NCBI GenBank assembly: GCA_017649705.1
Contig: JAGCGH010000089.1
Coordinates: forward strand, 1 to 56,187
Origin: a bacterium
GTDB taxonomy: Bacteria; Auribacterota; UBA3054
Direction of reading: 5' to 3'
DNA length: 56,187 nt
Shown: positions 54,746 through 56,187 of the stretch, one piece after another
Layout: every line of letters begins with the position of its first letter
How positions within the stretch are numbered: position 1 is the stretch's first letter
The notes under the pieces: generated by a model
Seen by the model: only the letters and a program-made list of their open reading frames with translations
Database searches by the model: none
Told to the model about the DNA's origin: nothing
Made by a program: the position numbers and the translations under genes

Positions 54746-56128
54746 TTATTCAACGTACATTTCGACGATCAATTCGCCGAAGAGGGTGTTGGCCCAGGCG
54801 AACCAGGAGCGGGAATAATCTTTGGCGTTATCCTTGTTGAAGGACTCGTGGATGAAGCCCGTGCCGCCGTCGGTATTGAGAATTTGCAGGACGCACCATT
54901 CCTTTTCGGCGCGGTCGTTAGTTGTAAGGGCTTTCATGATGACGCTCATGGGCCAGGGCCTTCCTAGCCCGCAGTGCGGTCCGCCGATGCCTTCGCCGGC
55001 GGATCCTTTAAAGAAATAAGGGTTGTCTTCGCTCCAAACGAACCTGCGGGTGTTCTGGTAGATCGGATCGTCAGTTTTGACGTCGGTAAGATAGGGGAGA
55101 CTCAGGAGGGAAGGAGCGTTGGAATCGTCCATCAGAAGCACACCTCCGAAACCGTCCACCTCGAAAGCGTAGATCTTCCCGTATTTCGGATGCTCCGCTA
55201 CGGCGTATTTTTTTATGGCTGCATCAACTTGCTCAGCCATCTGCTCGCACTCTTTTGCCAGGTCTTCCTCTTTGTTTACAGTGCGCAAGATCTCGGCGGC
55301 TTTTTTGAGAATGCTGACGGCGAAGAAATTGCTGGGGATGAGGTAGGGGAAGATAGTGCTGTCGTCCGAGGGACGGAAGGCGCTGGCTATGAGTCCGCAG
55401 ACTTTCCCAGGATGGCCGTAGCCGCCGTTGCTTCTTGTGTCGTGATAGGCGGCCGTTTCGCGGCGGAAATGGTAGCCGTTCTTAAAGCCGTTCCAGTTCT
55501 GCTGGTCTTTGAAGACACTAATAATGGAGCGCACGGCCTTGAGCCACTTCTCGTCGAAGATAGTAGCGTCTCCTGTCTTCTTCCAGTAAGCGTAGGCCAA
55601 TCTGACAGGATAACAAAGTGAGTCTATCTCGTACTTGCGTTCGTGCAGCTCCGGTTTCATCTCAGTCTCGTCGCTCTGCCAATGACTCCCTTTTGGTCCA
55701 TCGTTGAAGGCGTTGGCGTAAGGGTCGATCAGAATGCATGAGAACTGGCGGCGGATGACGCCTCTGATAAGGCGGAGCAGAGGCTCGTCCATACCCACAT
55801 AGCGCAGGTACGGCCAGACCTGGGCCGCGCTGTCCCTGAGCCACATGGCGTCGATGTCGCCGGTGATGACGAAGGTGTCGTCGTCGCCATCTTTCTTGCT
55901 GTACCTAACTGTTGTGTCCAGCGTATTGGGGAAACAGTTGGCGAACATCCAATAGAGCTTCGGATCAACGGCCGTGAGCTTATCTTTCAAGTCAACGATC
56001 TGCTTTTCCACAGCCTCACTGCGAAAGCAGCGCTTCTCAGGCGCCGGTCTCTGATCCTTGAAGGTTGGCTCATCAGCGCCGGCAAACAGCACCAGGATCA
56101 GCACAAAAAATAAGACTTTGCTTTTCAT
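54746..56128 (-). CDS. glycoside hydrolase family 125 (exo-alpha-1,6-mannosidase, DUF1237)
   Basis: Signal peptide. Motifs FPNTLDTTV and [15 protein letters not shown], plus (alpha/alpha)6-type C-terminal motifs (WFAWAN). Confidence 0.85.
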   Translation of the reverse strand: MKSKVLFFVLILVLFAGADEPTFKDQRPAPEKRCFRSEAVEKQIVDLKDKLTAVDPKLYWMFANCFPNTLDTTVRYSKKDGDDDTFVITGDIDAMWLRDSAAQVWPYLRYVGMDEPLLRLIRGVIRRQFSCILIDPYANAFNDGPKGSHWQSDETEMKPELHERKYEIDSLCYPVRLAYAYWKKTGDATIFDEKWLKAVRSIISVFKDQQNWNGFKNGYHFRRETAAYHDTRSNGGYGHPGKVCGLIASAFRPSDDSTIFPYLIPSNFFAVSILKKAAEILRTVNKEEDLAKECEQMAEQVDAAIKKYAVAEHPKYGKIYAFEVDGFGGVLLMDDSNAPSLLSLPYLTDVKTDDPIYQNTRRFVWSEDNPYFFKGSAGEGIGGPHCGLGRPWPMSVIMKALTTNDRAEKEWCVLQILNTDGGTGFIHESFNKDNAKDYSRSWFAWANTLFGELIVEMYVE

Positions 56129-56187
56129 AGAATTTGGCAGTTTATCTATTAAAAAGGACTTTAAATCATTATAGCATACGAACTGTC

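Overview
This is a 56.2-kb stretch of a GC-rich bacterial chromosome. It is almost fully coding: 54 protein-coding genes (one interrupted) and 2 tRNAs. I found no rRNA, CRISPR array, transposase or integrase. Most of the content is housekeeping. In order along the window: pyrR-pyrB-pyrC; an MCE/PqiC lipid-transport pair; prolyl oligopeptidase; a JAB-domain::DinG helicase fusion followed by a DjlA-like J-protein; and GH97. A 13-kb co-directional block follows: cvpA-ddl-serS-exbB-exbD-exbD-tonB, a methyltransferase, a serpin, 2 unknowns, an MBOAT/SGNH-like/flippase-like module, and rluD. After tRNA-Lys and tRNA-Glu comes a long minus-strand block: GT2, ispD, an NrdD-like gene, nrdR, HAD, CNNM, ybeY, a plsY-like gene, der, gltX, argC and HU/IHF. 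The window ends with a TPR gene, purSQL, a coiled-coil gene plus a small lipoprotein, ftsK, a rodZ-like gene, rimO, pgsA, pgpA, an SSS transporter and GH125. The taxon cannot be assigned from sequence alone. The many secreted glycosidases, ExbBD/TonB and a serpin would fit a PVC-group organism, but that is a guess. Five observations deserve a second look. (1) A 1.4-kb low-GC islet (53.3-54.7 kb) carries an ORF6N-family gene interrupted by an in-frame TGA at a conserved Gly. It sits among a family of long related palindromes (core TCGCAA-N-TTGCGA). One of these lies inside the CDS and encodes the conserved ORF6N peptide motif, and three more are stacked over and upstream of the start codon. (2) An nrdR-coupled 611-aa protein has two ATP-cones and an NrdD-like core that lacks the HDLD motif, the radical Cys and the glycyl-radical tail. 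(3) An intact JAMM/JAB domain is fused to the N-terminus of a DinG/XPD-type Fe-S helicase. (4) A degenerate PlsY paralogue sits in the der-plsY slot. (5) TGnTATAAT boxes recur 6-8 nt upstream of ATG codons, which suggests leaderless mRNAs. All functional calls rest on motif recognition by eye; no database search was possible.
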